A stretch of 64,000 nt of DNA from Poseidonia sp. (GTDB lineage: Archaea; Thermoplasmatota; Poseidoniia; Poseidoniales; Poseidoniaceae): positions 10,874 to 74,873 of the forward strand of contig JASLVM010000001.1 in NCBI GenBank assembly GCA_030741355.1. The letters run 5' to 3'. Shown piece after piece: positions 35,381 to 44,527 of the stretch. The notes beneath the pieces are model-generated. The model ran no database searches and was not told the DNA's origin. It was given only the letters and a program-made list of their open reading frames with translations. The position numbers and the translations under genes were made by a program. Every line of letters starts with the position of its first letter. Position 1 is the first letter of the stretch.

Positions 35381-35989
35381 ATGCGCCGGGAAATCACGGG
35401 AGAGTTCCTCGGCACGGCCCTCATGGTCAGTGTGGGATGTGGAAGTGTTGCCCTCGGTGCGAGCCATTTGGCCGTTTCCCTGACATTTGGCGCCGCTGTC
35501 ACCCTCGCCATCGTCTTCTTTGGGCCGCTGAGCGGAGCCCACATCAATCCCGCTGTTAGCATCGCCTTTTGGAGAGACGGGCAATTGGAAGGGCGATTGC
35601 TCCCCGCCTATCTTTTCGCCCAATGTTTGGGAGCCCTTGCTGGAGCCCTCGTTGTCAGTGGTGCAGCGCCGACAACGGTTGCGCCCAGCCTCACTCTCGT
35701 GGAAGGATTCGGAATTGAAATCGCCATCACAGCAGCCTTGATGGTCAGCATCTTGCTCGTCGTTCAACGCTCTTCTTCCAGAGTGGTCGTTGCGGTTTGG
35801 GTCGGTGCGACCGTCGCCATCCTCGCCTTCATCGCCGGCACGATGACCGGAGCAAGCATGAACCCCGCCCGAACCTTTGGACCCAATGTTCTCAACGGAA
35901 TGTGGGCGACGCTGCCGTTTTACGTGGCATCGACAACGCTCGGCGCATGGTTTGCATGCGACATCAAACACCGGTTCTTTCCGGACTGA
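35381..35989 (+). CDS. MIP-family channel (aquaporin/glycerol facilitator)
   Basis: Two NPA boxes: GAHINPAVSIAFW and GASMNPARTFGPN. 202 aa. Confidence 0.85.
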   Translation: MRREITGEFLGTALMVSVGCGSVALGASHLAVSLTFGAAVTLAIVFFGPLSGAHINPAVSIAFWRDGQLEGRLLPAYLFAQCLGALAGALVVSGAAPTTVAPSLTLVEGFGIEIAITAALMVSILLVVQRSSSRVVVAVWVGATVAILAFIAGTMTGASMNPARTFGPNVLNGMWATLPFYVASTTLGAWFACDIKHRFFPD

Positions 35990-38644
35990 TCAGGCACCAA
36001 CCGAGGCTCGCAGCATCGCAGCGACGTGGTCGAGGGAAGGGATGGTGTGGTTCTCAAGAGGCGGTGCAAACGGCACGGGAGTATCCAGCGCCCCGATGAC
36101 CGAGGGTGCGGATTCCAGTTCGTAGAAGCAATCTTCCATGATACGAGATTGTATGGTGTGCCCAAGTCCACCGGCCCACTGGCCCTCTTGAAGGACGACC
36201 AAGCGTCCTGTTCGCTGAACGGAAGCAATGCATGTTTCAGCGTCAAAGGGCAGCAGGGTTCGCAGGTCAACGACCTCAACCTCGATGTCTTCTTTCGCAA
36301 GCAGGTCCGCTGCTTGAAGGGCGATGTGGACCATGGCCCCCCAAGTGACGAGGGTGATGTCCCGCCCGCCACGAATCACCTCGGCTCGGCCGAGTTTGTA
36401 GTGCTCGCCCTTGCTGATGTGAGCGTTTACGGTCTCGGTGTCAACGGCTTGATTGATGTTCATGCCCCAGCCGGTTAATCCGCCCCGAAGCCCGTACAAC
36501 CCAATGTGTTCGAGCATGAGAACAGGGTCGGGCAATTGAGCCGCTTCCATCAAAAGGTCGTAGGCGTCTTGCGGTGTTCCGGGTGCCATCACCACCAGGC
36601 CCGGGTCGTTAGCGAACCAGGATTCAATCATGTTTGCATGAAACGGACCTGAACGGGTTCGAGCACCGAGCGGAATCCGAACCGTCATTGGACAGTCTGC
36701 ACCCCAACGCCAACGGAGCATCGCGGCGTTGTTCACCAGAGCATTGAAGCCAAGGGCAGCAAAGCCTCCGAATTGAATTTCCACCATGGGTTTCATCCCA
36801 GAAAGAGCCGCTCCCACGCCGGTGTGAACAATGATGGCTTCGCACAACGGCATGTCGATGAGTTTGTCCGTGTGGCCAGCGTTTTTCAGCGCCATGTTCA
36901 TGCCAAACGCACCGGCGACTTCCATGTCTTCACCGATGAACACGCAATCATCACCGTGCATCGTTGCCACGTCAGCCATGGCCTGCTGGATGGCCCGTGC
37001 ATAGGTCCATCCGCCCTTTTCGGCGTAAGCCCAAGCGCGTTCACCCACGGCCAGTGGAGCATCAACGCCACCGGGCGCCTCTTGACCAGAATACCGTTTG
37101 AGGTGGTCGGCGTGCGTATCGGCATCGTGGAGGGTCGTGATGCCTTTCGTGACCGTCTCTGGTTCAGGCCAGGCCATCTCGATGAGTTCGTTTTTCGCAG
37201 CCTCAACGGCTTCGCTTTCTTCCGTTTCCATCGCTTCGAGAATGGCCTCATCGACACCCATGTCAACCAACAGCGCTCGGTGCGTTGGAATCGGGTCTTT
37301 TGCTTCCCAATACGACAACAAATCTCGGTCAACATACCCTGCCGGCGTTCCGCTTGGGTTGCCCAAATAGAGGTCGTCATGATGATGAGCGTGGCCGCAA
37401 CCTCGCATGGTTTCAACATGGATGAGCGTTGGCCCACCGCCCGCCATTGAATATTCTCGAGCGACGGCGGTGGAGGCATGCCAAGCAGCGGGGTCTGAGC
37501 CGTCAATGGTCCATGCAGGGAATCCCATCGCGTTGGCTTTGTCAGCCCAAACCTCAACACCTGACTGTTTGGCAGGCGGCGTATCGAGAGCGATTTGATT
37601 GTTCTGAAGAATGTAAGTGATGGGCAAACCTCTGGCACCAGCGAGGTTCATGGCTTCCCAAAATTCTCCTGATGAAGACGCCCCCTCACCGATGCATGCG
37701 ACATGAAATCGGTCAAGCGATTGTCGCCAAGCTGCAAAGGCCAGCCCCGTCATGGTGGCGCTGGCGATGGGAAGAGGGGCCGTAGGAGGCAGGACGCCGA
37801 CATGCCATGCGCCGACGTGAAGGTCTCGCCCGCCAGCATCGTCCCAACCCCCGTTTTGGTTGGAGCCCGCCTTGCCAAGGTTCGCCGCCATCACGTCAAG
37901 CGGGGTATCGCCCATCGCGAGGCCGAGCCCCACGTCTCGAATCATCGGCGCAACAAGATCGCCGTCGTAGCCCTTTCCAGGCCGAGCATCTCGTGGAGCA
38001 TCGGGTTGTCGATTCAACGCTGTGGCCACGGCCACGACGCCTTCCTGCCACGTGGACCGAAAGCCCTTGCCGCCGAAACGACCGCCATCAGGCGTTTCCA
38101 CACCTTCGGTGAAGATATCCTTGAGGGCAGCATCCAAACATCGTGTCCGGGTCATCAAGCGTTGCCATTCAAGCCGTTGTTGAACGGACACCGCCATGTA
38201 GTAGGCCAGACGACGAAGCATCAAACGCATGTCCACCAAAAAGTGGGCCCTGCGCCGCTCAAGCATGACCTCCATGCTGCGACGAGGAATGACTTCTCGC
38301 TCGAGTTCGTCCCCAAGCGTGCTCTCCATTTGTTTCTTGAGGCCACGCTCAAGAGCGTCAACAAACCGTCGTGCAAACGTGTTCCAGGAGGGCCCTTCGA
38401 AGGTTTCGGGCTCTCCATCGACCATGTGGTCCCATACATTGGCCACGAGGAAGAGGTGAGCGTCGTGTCGTTGAGCAACGAAGGAGAGAACTTCAGAGCG
38501 GGCGGCGTCTTTGGGGAGGGGTTGGACAAATTCCAGCGGTTGGTCGGCTCGCCAATCATGGCCAAAGATTTCCGGAAGGTCTCCCTGCGACATGGCCTGT
38601 CCCCGACCCTCGCACGAGATGGGTGGTTTCAATCCTCTTCTCAT
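35990..38644 (-). CDS. 2-oxoacid dehydrogenase E1 component, fused alpha+beta subunits, with about 130-aa N-terminal extension
   Basis: TPP motif IGEGASSSGEFWEAMNLAGARGLPITYILQNNQIAL, followed by a beta-subunit-like half (FIGEDMEVAGAFG..., transketolase C-terminal-like end). 884 aa. Confidence 0.8.
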   Translation of the reverse strand: MRRGLKPPISCEGRGQAMSQGDLPEIFGHDWRADQPLEFVQPLPKDAARSEVLSFVAQRHDAHLFLVANVWDHMVDGEPETFEGPSWNTFARRFVDALERGLKKQMESTLGDELEREVIPRRSMEVMLERRRAHFLVDMRLMLRRLAYYMAVSVQQRLEWQRLMTRTRCLDAALKDIFTEGVETPDGGRFGGKGFRSTWQEGVVAVATALNRQPDAPRDARPGKGYDGDLVAPMIRDVGLGLAMGDTPLDVMAANLGKAGSNQNGGWDDAGGRDLHVGAWHVGVLPPTAPLPIASATMTGLAFAAWRQSLDRFHVACIGEGASSSGEFWEAMNLAGARGLPITYILQNNQIALDTPPAKQSGVEVWADKANAMGFPAWTIDGSDPAAWHASTAVAREYSMAGGGPTLIHVETMRGCGHAHHHDDLYLGNPSGTPAGYVDRDLLSYWEAKDPIPTHRALLVDMGVDEAILEAMETEESEAVEAAKNELIEMAWPEPETVTKGITTLHDADTHADHLKRYSGQEAPGGVDAPLAVGERAWAYAEKGGWTYARAIQQAMADVATMHGDDCVFIGEDMEVAGAFGMNMALKNAGHTDKLIDMPLCEAIIVHTGVGAALSGMKPMVEIQFGGFAALGFNALVNNAAMLRWRWGADCPMTVRIPLGARTRSGPFHANMIESWFANDPGLVVMAPGTPQDAYDLLMEAAQLPDPVLMLEHIGLYGLRGGLTGWGMNINQAVDTETVNAHISKGEHYKLGRAEVIRGGRDITLVTWGAMVHIALQAADLLAKEDIEVEVVDLRTLLPFDAETCIASVQRTGRLVVLQEGQWAGGLGHTIQSRIMEDCFYELESAPSVIGALDTPVPFAPPLENHTIPSLDHVAAMLRASVGA

Positions 38645-39933
38645 TCAGGTTGAAGTCCTTGGTTGACGACCTCGGCGGTTGATTTCCGTTTTTGGATTTC
38701 TTCCTCGTAGCATTCGTGGAGCATGTCTCGGTTGGTCAAGGTCAACAGGAGGGCGGCGAAAGCGGGGAGGGCCAGCCCTCCAAGGGCAATGGCCCACGAC
38801 CCAAAGACATCAAACGCCGGACCAACCAACATCGGCCCCACGATGGTTCCCGCCGCCCAAGCAGCGCCAAACACACCGAACGCTAACCCGGGATTCCCTT
38901 CACCGAGGGCACGATTGGTCGCGGTGTCAATCATTGGTAGCATCGGTATTTGAGCGGCCGCGATGAAGAATTGGAAAGAACCTAAGAGCAATATCATCGC
39001 TAAAATGGCGGCATCTCCAGACAGCACATATCCAACCAAACCCACGCCCAAGAGAGAAAACACGACAAAGGACCAACCGATGAGCATGTAGCGTGTTGGT
39101 CCGTTGCGGTCAACCCAGCGGCCCCAAATGACAGAGCCAAGGCCCTGCATCAACACCATGACCAGCAACACCCCACCGATGGCAGCAGAAGAGAGGCCCA
39201 AGGAATCATCGAGGAACAACGGGACGCCTGCTTCCAGAGCACCCGTGGCAACGGTGGTGATGGCCAACAACACGGCGACACGGAAAAGAATCCGGTCCGA
39301 AAAAAACACACGAAGAGAAACCGTGGATGAGATCTGTTTCCGAGGCCCACCAATCACGTCGATGGACGACCAGAACAACGGACAAACCAACGCCGTCAAG
39401 AGCGCCAAAACGGCGAACGCGGAGGCCTCTCCCCACGTGAACAAGATCCCGCCCAGAACAGGTCCGAACAAACCACCTATGGCGGCCATACCAAGCAACT
39501 TCCCTGCTTGTTCGCCAAATCGAACGGGCCATAATTGAGAGGCGGCGGCTAAACCGGCCGTCATGATGGTCGCTCCCGAAGCGCCATGGACCATGCGTGC
39601 GAAGGCGAGCAAGAGAAACGGCCGGCCCACCCACTCGTTGGTCGCCACCACATACAGTCCGCCAGAGGCCGTTAACATGACCAAACTCACAAACACCGTT
39701 GGACCTGCTCCAAAGCGGTCGGTAATGCGTCCGGTCACCGGTCCAAAGAGAAGCAAAGGCACCGCCCATAACGACACGAGAAGGGTGGCCTGTGTAGCGT
39801 TCAAGTCAAACTGTGTCTGCCATGAAGGCAGAATGGGGACGATGAAGGCGTACCCGAGAAAGTTGACAAAAAAGGCCAGAAGAAGGGCGAGAAAAGCTCG
39901 CTGAAGTCGCCGTTCTTCCGAGGCGGAGTTCAC
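38641..39933 (-). CDS. MFS transporter
   Basis: About 12 hydrophobic helices. GRITDRFG loop motif (MFS motif A-like). GTG start overlapping the upstream stop (GTGA); stop overlaps the E1 ATG (ATGA). Confidence 0.75.
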   Translation of the reverse strand: MNSASEERRLQRAFLALLLAFFVNFLGYAFIVPILPSWQTQFDLNATQATLLVSLWAVPLLLFGPVTGRITDRFGAGPTVFVSLVMLTASGGLYVVATNEWVGRPFLLLAFARMVHGASGATIMTAGLAAASQLWPVRFGEQAGKLLGMAAIGGLFGPVLGGILFTWGEASAFAVLALLTALVCPLFWSSIDVIGGPRKQISSTVSLRVFFSDRILFRVAVLLAITTVATGALEAGVPLFLDDSLGLSSAAIGGVLLVMVLMQGLGSVIWGRWVDRNGPTRYMLIGWSFVVFSLLGVGLVGYVLSGDAAILAMILLLGSFQFFIAAAQIPMLPMIDTATNRALGEGNPGLAFGVFGAAWAAGTIVGPMLVGPAFDVFGSWAIALGGLALPAFAALLLTLTNRDMLHECYEEEIQKRKSTAEVVNQGLQPE

Positions 39934-41033
39934 TCCTCCTCCTCCCTGGCGGGCAGCGCATCAAGCATGTCCGCTGCAAGGGTGCTTGCATCTTCTACTT
40001 GCGTGAGCAGTGTCAAATCCGACAAGGCTCCAGGGCGCTTGAGAGCGGTCATCAATTCTTGGAGGACTTCAGCCGTCAGCCGAGTCAACGCCAATGTTTC
40101 GGGGTCGATGGCCACTTGATCGGTTTCTTCCAACAAGGAAACATAGTCCGGTTCTTCGGAAAGAATACCCTCCATATCCGATTCCACCTGTCGGGCGATG
40201 TCTTCGGCTTGTCGTTCAAGAATGTCTTCCATGGAAGAGTTGCCTCCCGACGTTGGTAAGAGCGGTGCTGCGCCTTCTCCAAGGGTCGTCCCTTTGTTGA
40301 GGTCCTTGAAGGAAGGCACGCTCTGGCCACTTGATTTGGCCTTCTCCAGCGCCTCATTGGGGCCCTCGTCAGCCTGAGGCGCTGGTGGGCCTGCGGTGCC
40401 CACAAGACGGTTCAAGGCCAATCGAACCAGGGTGGTCATGGCGTGGGAGGAAAGCCCACCGTCTTCATCATCAAGTTCCTCGTCTGCCATTTCACTTCGA
40501 AGAGAAGCCACAAACTCTTCGTCGATATTTCCCGCTTCAACCAATCGGCGGAGCATAGGCAGCGCCCACTCACTGTCGTTCATGGTCATGCCAACATCGA
40601 ACCGTTGACCGCCCAATCCGCCACCGCCTTGACCGGCTGAAACATCGGCTGGGGGAGGTACAAATTGCTTGGCAGCGTGTCGTCCAATCTGACCGATGAG
40701 TTGGTTCATGTCAACCGGTTTACCGATGACCTCAGCCACGCCGGCCAAGGCAGCCGATGAGAGAAAATCCGGTGCGGTGGTTCTGGAGAGAATCACGGTG
40801 CGAGTTGCAGAGCGAAAGCGGGGTTGCCCTGCCAACGACAGGCATACGTCAATGGCGCTTCCTTGCCTCCAATCACCCTCCAACAAGAGTACATCTGGAA
40901 GCACTGCACTGGCGGTCGCTTCGGTTTGTGCGAGGGTACTCAATCGGGTCACCTCGTAACCTTCACGTTCGAAGGTGTTGGCCAGCAGGTTGCGCCGGCC
41001 TTCGTTTTCGTCGGCGATGATGATGCTGGCCAT
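39930..41033 (-). CDS. Receiver (REC) domain protein with about 240-aa acidic C-terminal region of unknown function
   Basis: IIIADENEG (acidic pocket), VLLLEGDW (acceptor region, atypical), VILSRT and VIGKPVD (conserved K-P). GGAGGGG upstream. Start at 41033 or 41039. Confidence 0.6.
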   Translation of the reverse strand: MASIIIADENEGRRNLLANTFEREGYEVTRLSTLAQTEATASAVLPDVLLLEGDWRQGSAIDVCLSLAGQPRFRSATRTVILSRTTAPDFLSSAALAGVAEVIGKPVDMNQLIGQIGRHAAKQFVPPPADVSAGQGGGGLGGQRFDVGMTMNDSEWALPMLRRLVEAGNIDEEFVASLRSEMADEELDDEDGGLSSHAMTTLVRLALNRLVGTAGPPAPQADEGPNEALEKAKSSGQSVPSFKDLNKGTTLGEGAAPLLPTSGGNSSMEDILERQAEDIARQVESDMEGILSEEPDYVSLLEETDQVAIDPETLALTRLTAEVLQELMTALKRPGALSDLTLLTQVEDASTLAADMLDALPAREEEE

Positions 41034-41146
41034 TCTCATCCCCTCCGTGATGAAAGCAAGAACTCAGCGGCTTTGAACCTCACCCAATATGGGAACTCAA
41101 GCAACGGTGTTTTTGCTCATCTCAACCGTCGGACAACATCCATGAT

Positions 41147-42313
41147 TTATTCGATGTCGTCCGGTGCGGCGGCATACCAACCCATGATACCACCATCGAG
41201 GTTGAAAAGACGGGCGGCCTCCCAGCCCGATTGAATCAATTCAATCGCCGCCAGTTGCGAGCGCATGCCGCTCTTGCAGTGGATCACGATATCGGTCTTT
41301 TTTGGAAGGCTGTCCAAGATTGACAGCACGTTGGTATGTGGCACCTGAAGGTCGCAACTTTTGGCATGGGCGTCCGCATATTCTGCATCCGAGCGAACAT
41401 CGAGAATGAAGGGTGCCCAGCCGTTTTCTCGGCGTTCAAGAAATTCAGGGACGGAAATGTGATTGAACATTGCATCGGCTGAGGGGGGTTCAGAATTTTG
41501 TTCTTGCGGCGAATCTGCCACAGGCGGCGCAACCATGCACCACGCTTCTTGGCTTTGCATGGCCGCCGCTTTGGAGAGGTCCATCACCGCATCTCGTTCG
41601 GTGTCTGCCTCAAACCTCAGCGTATCAAAGGCCATGGATTGAGCGTCGTAAAGGAGGAGTTTACCGCTCAACGACACGGGCAAATCCAGCAAGAATTTGA
41701 TGGCCTCGGTGGCTTGAAGCACACCAATCACGCCGGGAAGTACGCCAAAGACGCCGGCTTCGGAGCAGGTCGGGACGGCCTCTGGTGGTGGCGGTTCAGG
41801 GAACAGGTCTCGGTAGCAAGGGCCTCCGTTGTGATTGAACAAGGAGATTTGACCCTCGAAACGAAACACGGACCCGTACACCCAAGGAAGACCAAGCAAG
41901 GAACATGCATCATCGATGAGGTACCGGGTGGGAAGGTTATCGGTTCCGTCGAGGACGATGTCCCACCCTTTCATGATGGCCAGGGCGTTGTCTGGATTCA
42001 GACGCTCCTGAAACACCTCAACCTTCACGTTGGGGTCCAGCGCTTCGAGGGTGGCCTTCGCCGACACCACTTTTGCTTCACCTACATCGTTCGTAGCGTG
42101 CAAGATTTGCCGTTGGAGGTTGCTGAGGTCGACCGCATCGTTGTCCACCAGACCCAACCTGCCCACGCCGGCGGCCGCAAGATACAACGCCGCTGGTGAA
42201 CCAAGACCGCCAGCCCCGATGAGCAGAACACTGGCGTTGTTGAGTTTCTGCTGACCTTCCACCCCAACGTTTGGCAGGCTGATGTGCCGAGCATGACGAG
42301 CAACATCAACCAT
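41147..42313 (-). CDS. ThiF/MoeB-type E1-like adenylyltransferase fused to a C-terminal rhodanese domain (MoeZ/UbaA-like)
   Basis: LLIGAGGLGSPAALYLAAAGVGRLGLVDNDAVDLSNLQRQILH, and the rhodanese active-site loop HCKSGMRS. 388 aa. Confidence 0.85.
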   Translation of the reverse strand: MVDVARHARHISLPNVGVEGQQKLNNASVLLIGAGGLGSPAALYLAAAGVGRLGLVDNDAVDLSNLQRQILHATNDVGEAKVVSAKATLEALDPNVKVEVFQERLNPDNALAIMKGWDIVLDGTDNLPTRYLIDDACSLLGLPWVYGSVFRFEGQISLFNHNGGPCYRDLFPEPPPPEAVPTCSEAGVFGVLPGVIGVLQATEAIKFLLDLPVSLSGKLLLYDAQSMAFDTLRFEADTERDAVMDLSKAAAMQSQEAWCMVAPPVADSPQEQNSEPPSADAMFNHISVPEFLERRENGWAPFILDVRSDAEYADAHAKSCDLQVPHTNVLSILDSLPKKTDIVIHCKSGMRSQLAAIELIQSGWEAARLFNLDGGIMGWYAAAPDDIE

Positions 42314-42352
42314 GACAAGGCCAAGCGGCCGGTCTTCATCAAAGGAACGGCT

Positions 42353-43282
42353 TCAATGAACGTGCTCTTCTAGCCACTTTTCAACGTCCATGGCTGCAGA
42401 GCAACCCATTCCAGCCGCGGTGATGGCTTGCTTGTAGCGAGTGTCAACCACGTCCCCCGCAGCGAAGACGCCCGGGACGGAGGTCATGGTGTGCTCTTTG
42501 TGAACAATGTAGCCGTTTTCATCGGTTTCCACTTGACCGCCGAGGAAATCGGTGATGGGGGTGTGTCCGATGGCGATGAAAGCGCCGGTGGCGTCGATGG
42601 TTTCCGTGCTGCCGTCTTGGGTATTCTCGAGAACGGCTCCGCTGAGACCTTTGTCATCGGAAAGCCATTCCTTGATTTGACGGAAGGTACGAATCTCAAT
42701 CTTCGGGTTGTTGGCGGCTCGCTCGTACATGATGGTTGAAGCCTTGAACACATCGCGCCGGTGAATCAACGTAACTTTGCTCGCAAAGCGTGTGAGGAAC
42801 GTTGCTTCTTCGCAAGCGGAATCGCCGCCACCGATGACCAGAACGTGCTCGTCGCGGAAAAACGCGCCGTCGCATGTGGCACATGTCGAAATCCCTCGGC
42901 CCTTTTGTTCGGCTTCACCAGGGGCGTTCAGCCACATGGATTCTGCACCGGTGCAGACGATGATGGAATGGGCCAGGAAGGTCTCACCTTCGACCACGAC
43001 TTTGTAGGGGCGCTCGCTCAAGTCCACCTCATCCACGTTTTTGTCTTCAACTTCCAGACCGAAGCGCTCGGCTTGTTCCCGGAGTTGCATCATCATCTCC
43101 GGGCCGGCAATGCCTTCTGGATAGCCGGGGAAATTTTCGATATCGCTGGTGAGCATCAACTGTCCACCGGACATGTAACCAGCGAACATGAGGGGGTTGA
43201 GCATGGCCCTTCCGGCATAGAGGCCGGCCGTGTAACCTGCAGGTCCTGAACCGATGATGATGACATTGCGTACTTCGGACAT
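42353..43282 (-). CDS. trxB: Thioredoxin reductase (NADPH)
   Basis: VIIIGSGPAGYTAGLYAGRA, redox-active CATCDG and GVFAAGDV. Start placed at ATG 43282 (MSEVRNV...); the ORF extends to 43528. Confidence 0.9.
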   Translation of the reverse strand: MSEVRNVIIIGSGPAGYTAGLYAGRAMLNPLMFAGYMSGGQLMLTSDIENFPGYPEGIAGPEMMMQLREQAERFGLEVEDKNVDEVDLSERPYKVVVEGETFLAHSIIVCTGAESMWLNAPGEAEQKGRGISTCATCDGAFFRDEHVLVIGGGDSACEEATFLTRFASKVTLIHRRDVFKASTIMYERAANNPKIEIRTFRQIKEWLSDDKGLSGAVLENTQDGSTETIDATGAFIAIGHTPITDFLGGQVETDENGYIVHKEHTMTSVPGVFAAGDVVDTRYKQAITAAGMGCSAAMDVEKWLEEHVH

Positions 43283-43384
43283 GTGACTCTCCAAGTGCCC
43301 GTGAGGAGAGGTGGTGTTTGAAGATTCGCCCGGAGTCCCCTTGGGATGCAAAAACATAGAGATACCCCGGGATGATGCCCCCAC

Positions 43385-44062
43385 ATGGTCAACCAACTCG
43401 CTGCAGCCGCAGGCATGGGTGTTTACGTCGTACTGGTGTTGTGGGCGACGAAAATTCCCTACACGATGATGGTCGATCGGGGCATGGAACACATCCGAGC
43501 CGTCTATTACAACCGGAAAATCGTCCACATGTTCGCCGGCGGCGTGGGTTCACTGAGCGTCCCGTTCTTGTTCACCAGCCCCGTGTATCCACTGGTGTGC
43601 GGCGTTCTTCTGACGACGATGCTCTACGCTTCACATCGAGCGGGCATCGTGATGCATTGGTTTCAAACCGAACAAAATCAAAACGATGTCAAATTTGGAC
43701 TGATGTGGTGGATGTCAATCTCGCTCATTTGGTGGCTTGTTGACGACCCTTGGCTGGCGATCGTGCCCTCGTTATTCATGGCCTTCGGCGATGGCATCAC
43801 CGGTGTGGTACGCAACGCAGTGGTCCAAAAACGGTCAAAGAGCCCTATCGGGAACGTGTTCATGTTCTTGGTCAGCGCTCCTTTGGGATGGTACGCCGCC
43901 AAAGCGGGCGACCCGAGCCTCCCCGCTTGGGGCCTCATCGCAGCAACGGTGGCCACCTTTGTTGAACGCTACGAGTTCGGACCCATCGACGATAACATCC
44001 TGATCACCGTCTGTGCCACCGCCGTGCTGTTGCTTGGCGTTCAAATCGGGCCGCTCATGTAA
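43385..44062 (+). CDS. Polytopic membrane protein, polyprenol/dolichol/phytol-kinase-like (CTP-transferase family 1); tentative
   Basis: About 6 TM helices. AFGDGITGVVRN resembles the GDG(L/I)A..VG motif of phytol/dolichol kinases. 225 aa. Confidence 0.35.
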   Translation: MVNQLAAAAGMGVYVVLVLWATKIPYTMMVDRGMEHIRAVYYNRKIVHMFAGGVGSLSVPFLFTSPVYPLVCGVLLTTMLYASHRAGIVMHWFQTEQNQNDVKFGLMWWMSISLIWWLVDDPWLAIVPSLFMAFGDGITGVVRNAVVQKRSKSPIGNVFMFLVSAPLGWYAAKAGDPSLPAWGLIAATVATFVERYEFGPIDDNILITVCATAVLLLGVQIGPLM

Positions 44063-44079
44063 GGCAGGCCGTGGTGTAT

Positions 44080-44424
44080 TCACTGTCCGATGAGCTTGTA
44101 ATCATCACTGAGCGGTGTGGCACCGGTTTCAACGTGAATGATTTTTCCGTCTTTGTAGCGGTAAAAGGCAAGCACAGCCTCAGAGTTTGAACCGTTGGAA
44201 AAGTGTGCGATGGAATGCCCGATGCCGACTTCATCGTTCTCAAACAAGATGCGGTGAGACTCGGTACGAACCATTCCTGTACCAGCAAAGGCCATGATGT
44301 CGCCCTTGGTCATGACAGCACCACCCACATGGGGGTAGAACTTGCAATCATCGTGAATGATGGCGTCAAGTTGTTCTTTATTTCCGGATTCAAAGGCTTC
44401 TTCGTACTTGGCAAGAATGCTCAT
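44080..44424 (-). CDS. Small NTF2/SnoaL-like fold protein (tentative)
   Basis: About 114 aa from ATG 44424. LAKYEEAFESGNKEQLDAIIHDDCKF... and the alpha+beta pattern are typical of SnoaL-like proteins. Confidence 0.35.
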   Translation of the reverse strand: MSILAKYEEAFESGNKEQLDAIIHDDCKFYPHVGGAVMTKGDIMAFAGTGMVRTESHRILFENDEVGIGHSIAHFSNGSNSEAVLAFYRYKDGKIIHVETGATPLSDDYKLIGQ

Positions 44425-44527
44425 GGAGCGTGTGCAGCGACCAAACCTCATAATCACTCCCTCCAGTAATCATGAAAGGAAAACGAGCGACAGGAACCTT
44501 TGAGTTCCGTATCCTTGAGGTCAAACC

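Noticed and set aside
37703-38653. 316-aa + strand ORF, the largest unexplained ORF in the track. Similar long antisense ORFs are 20094..20819, 31973..32698, 36773..37450, 41498..42199, 44390..45064, 56531..57271, 25028..25669 and 754..1350.
   Set aside because: Each lies entirely antisense to a gene with clear family motifs (E1, Mo-hydroxylase, mocA, MoeZ-like E1, saccharopine dehydrogenase, phnC/E, subtilisin). Their products are Arg/Pro/Gly/Ser-rich, as expected for shadow frames in GC-rich DNA. None has a recognisable motif.
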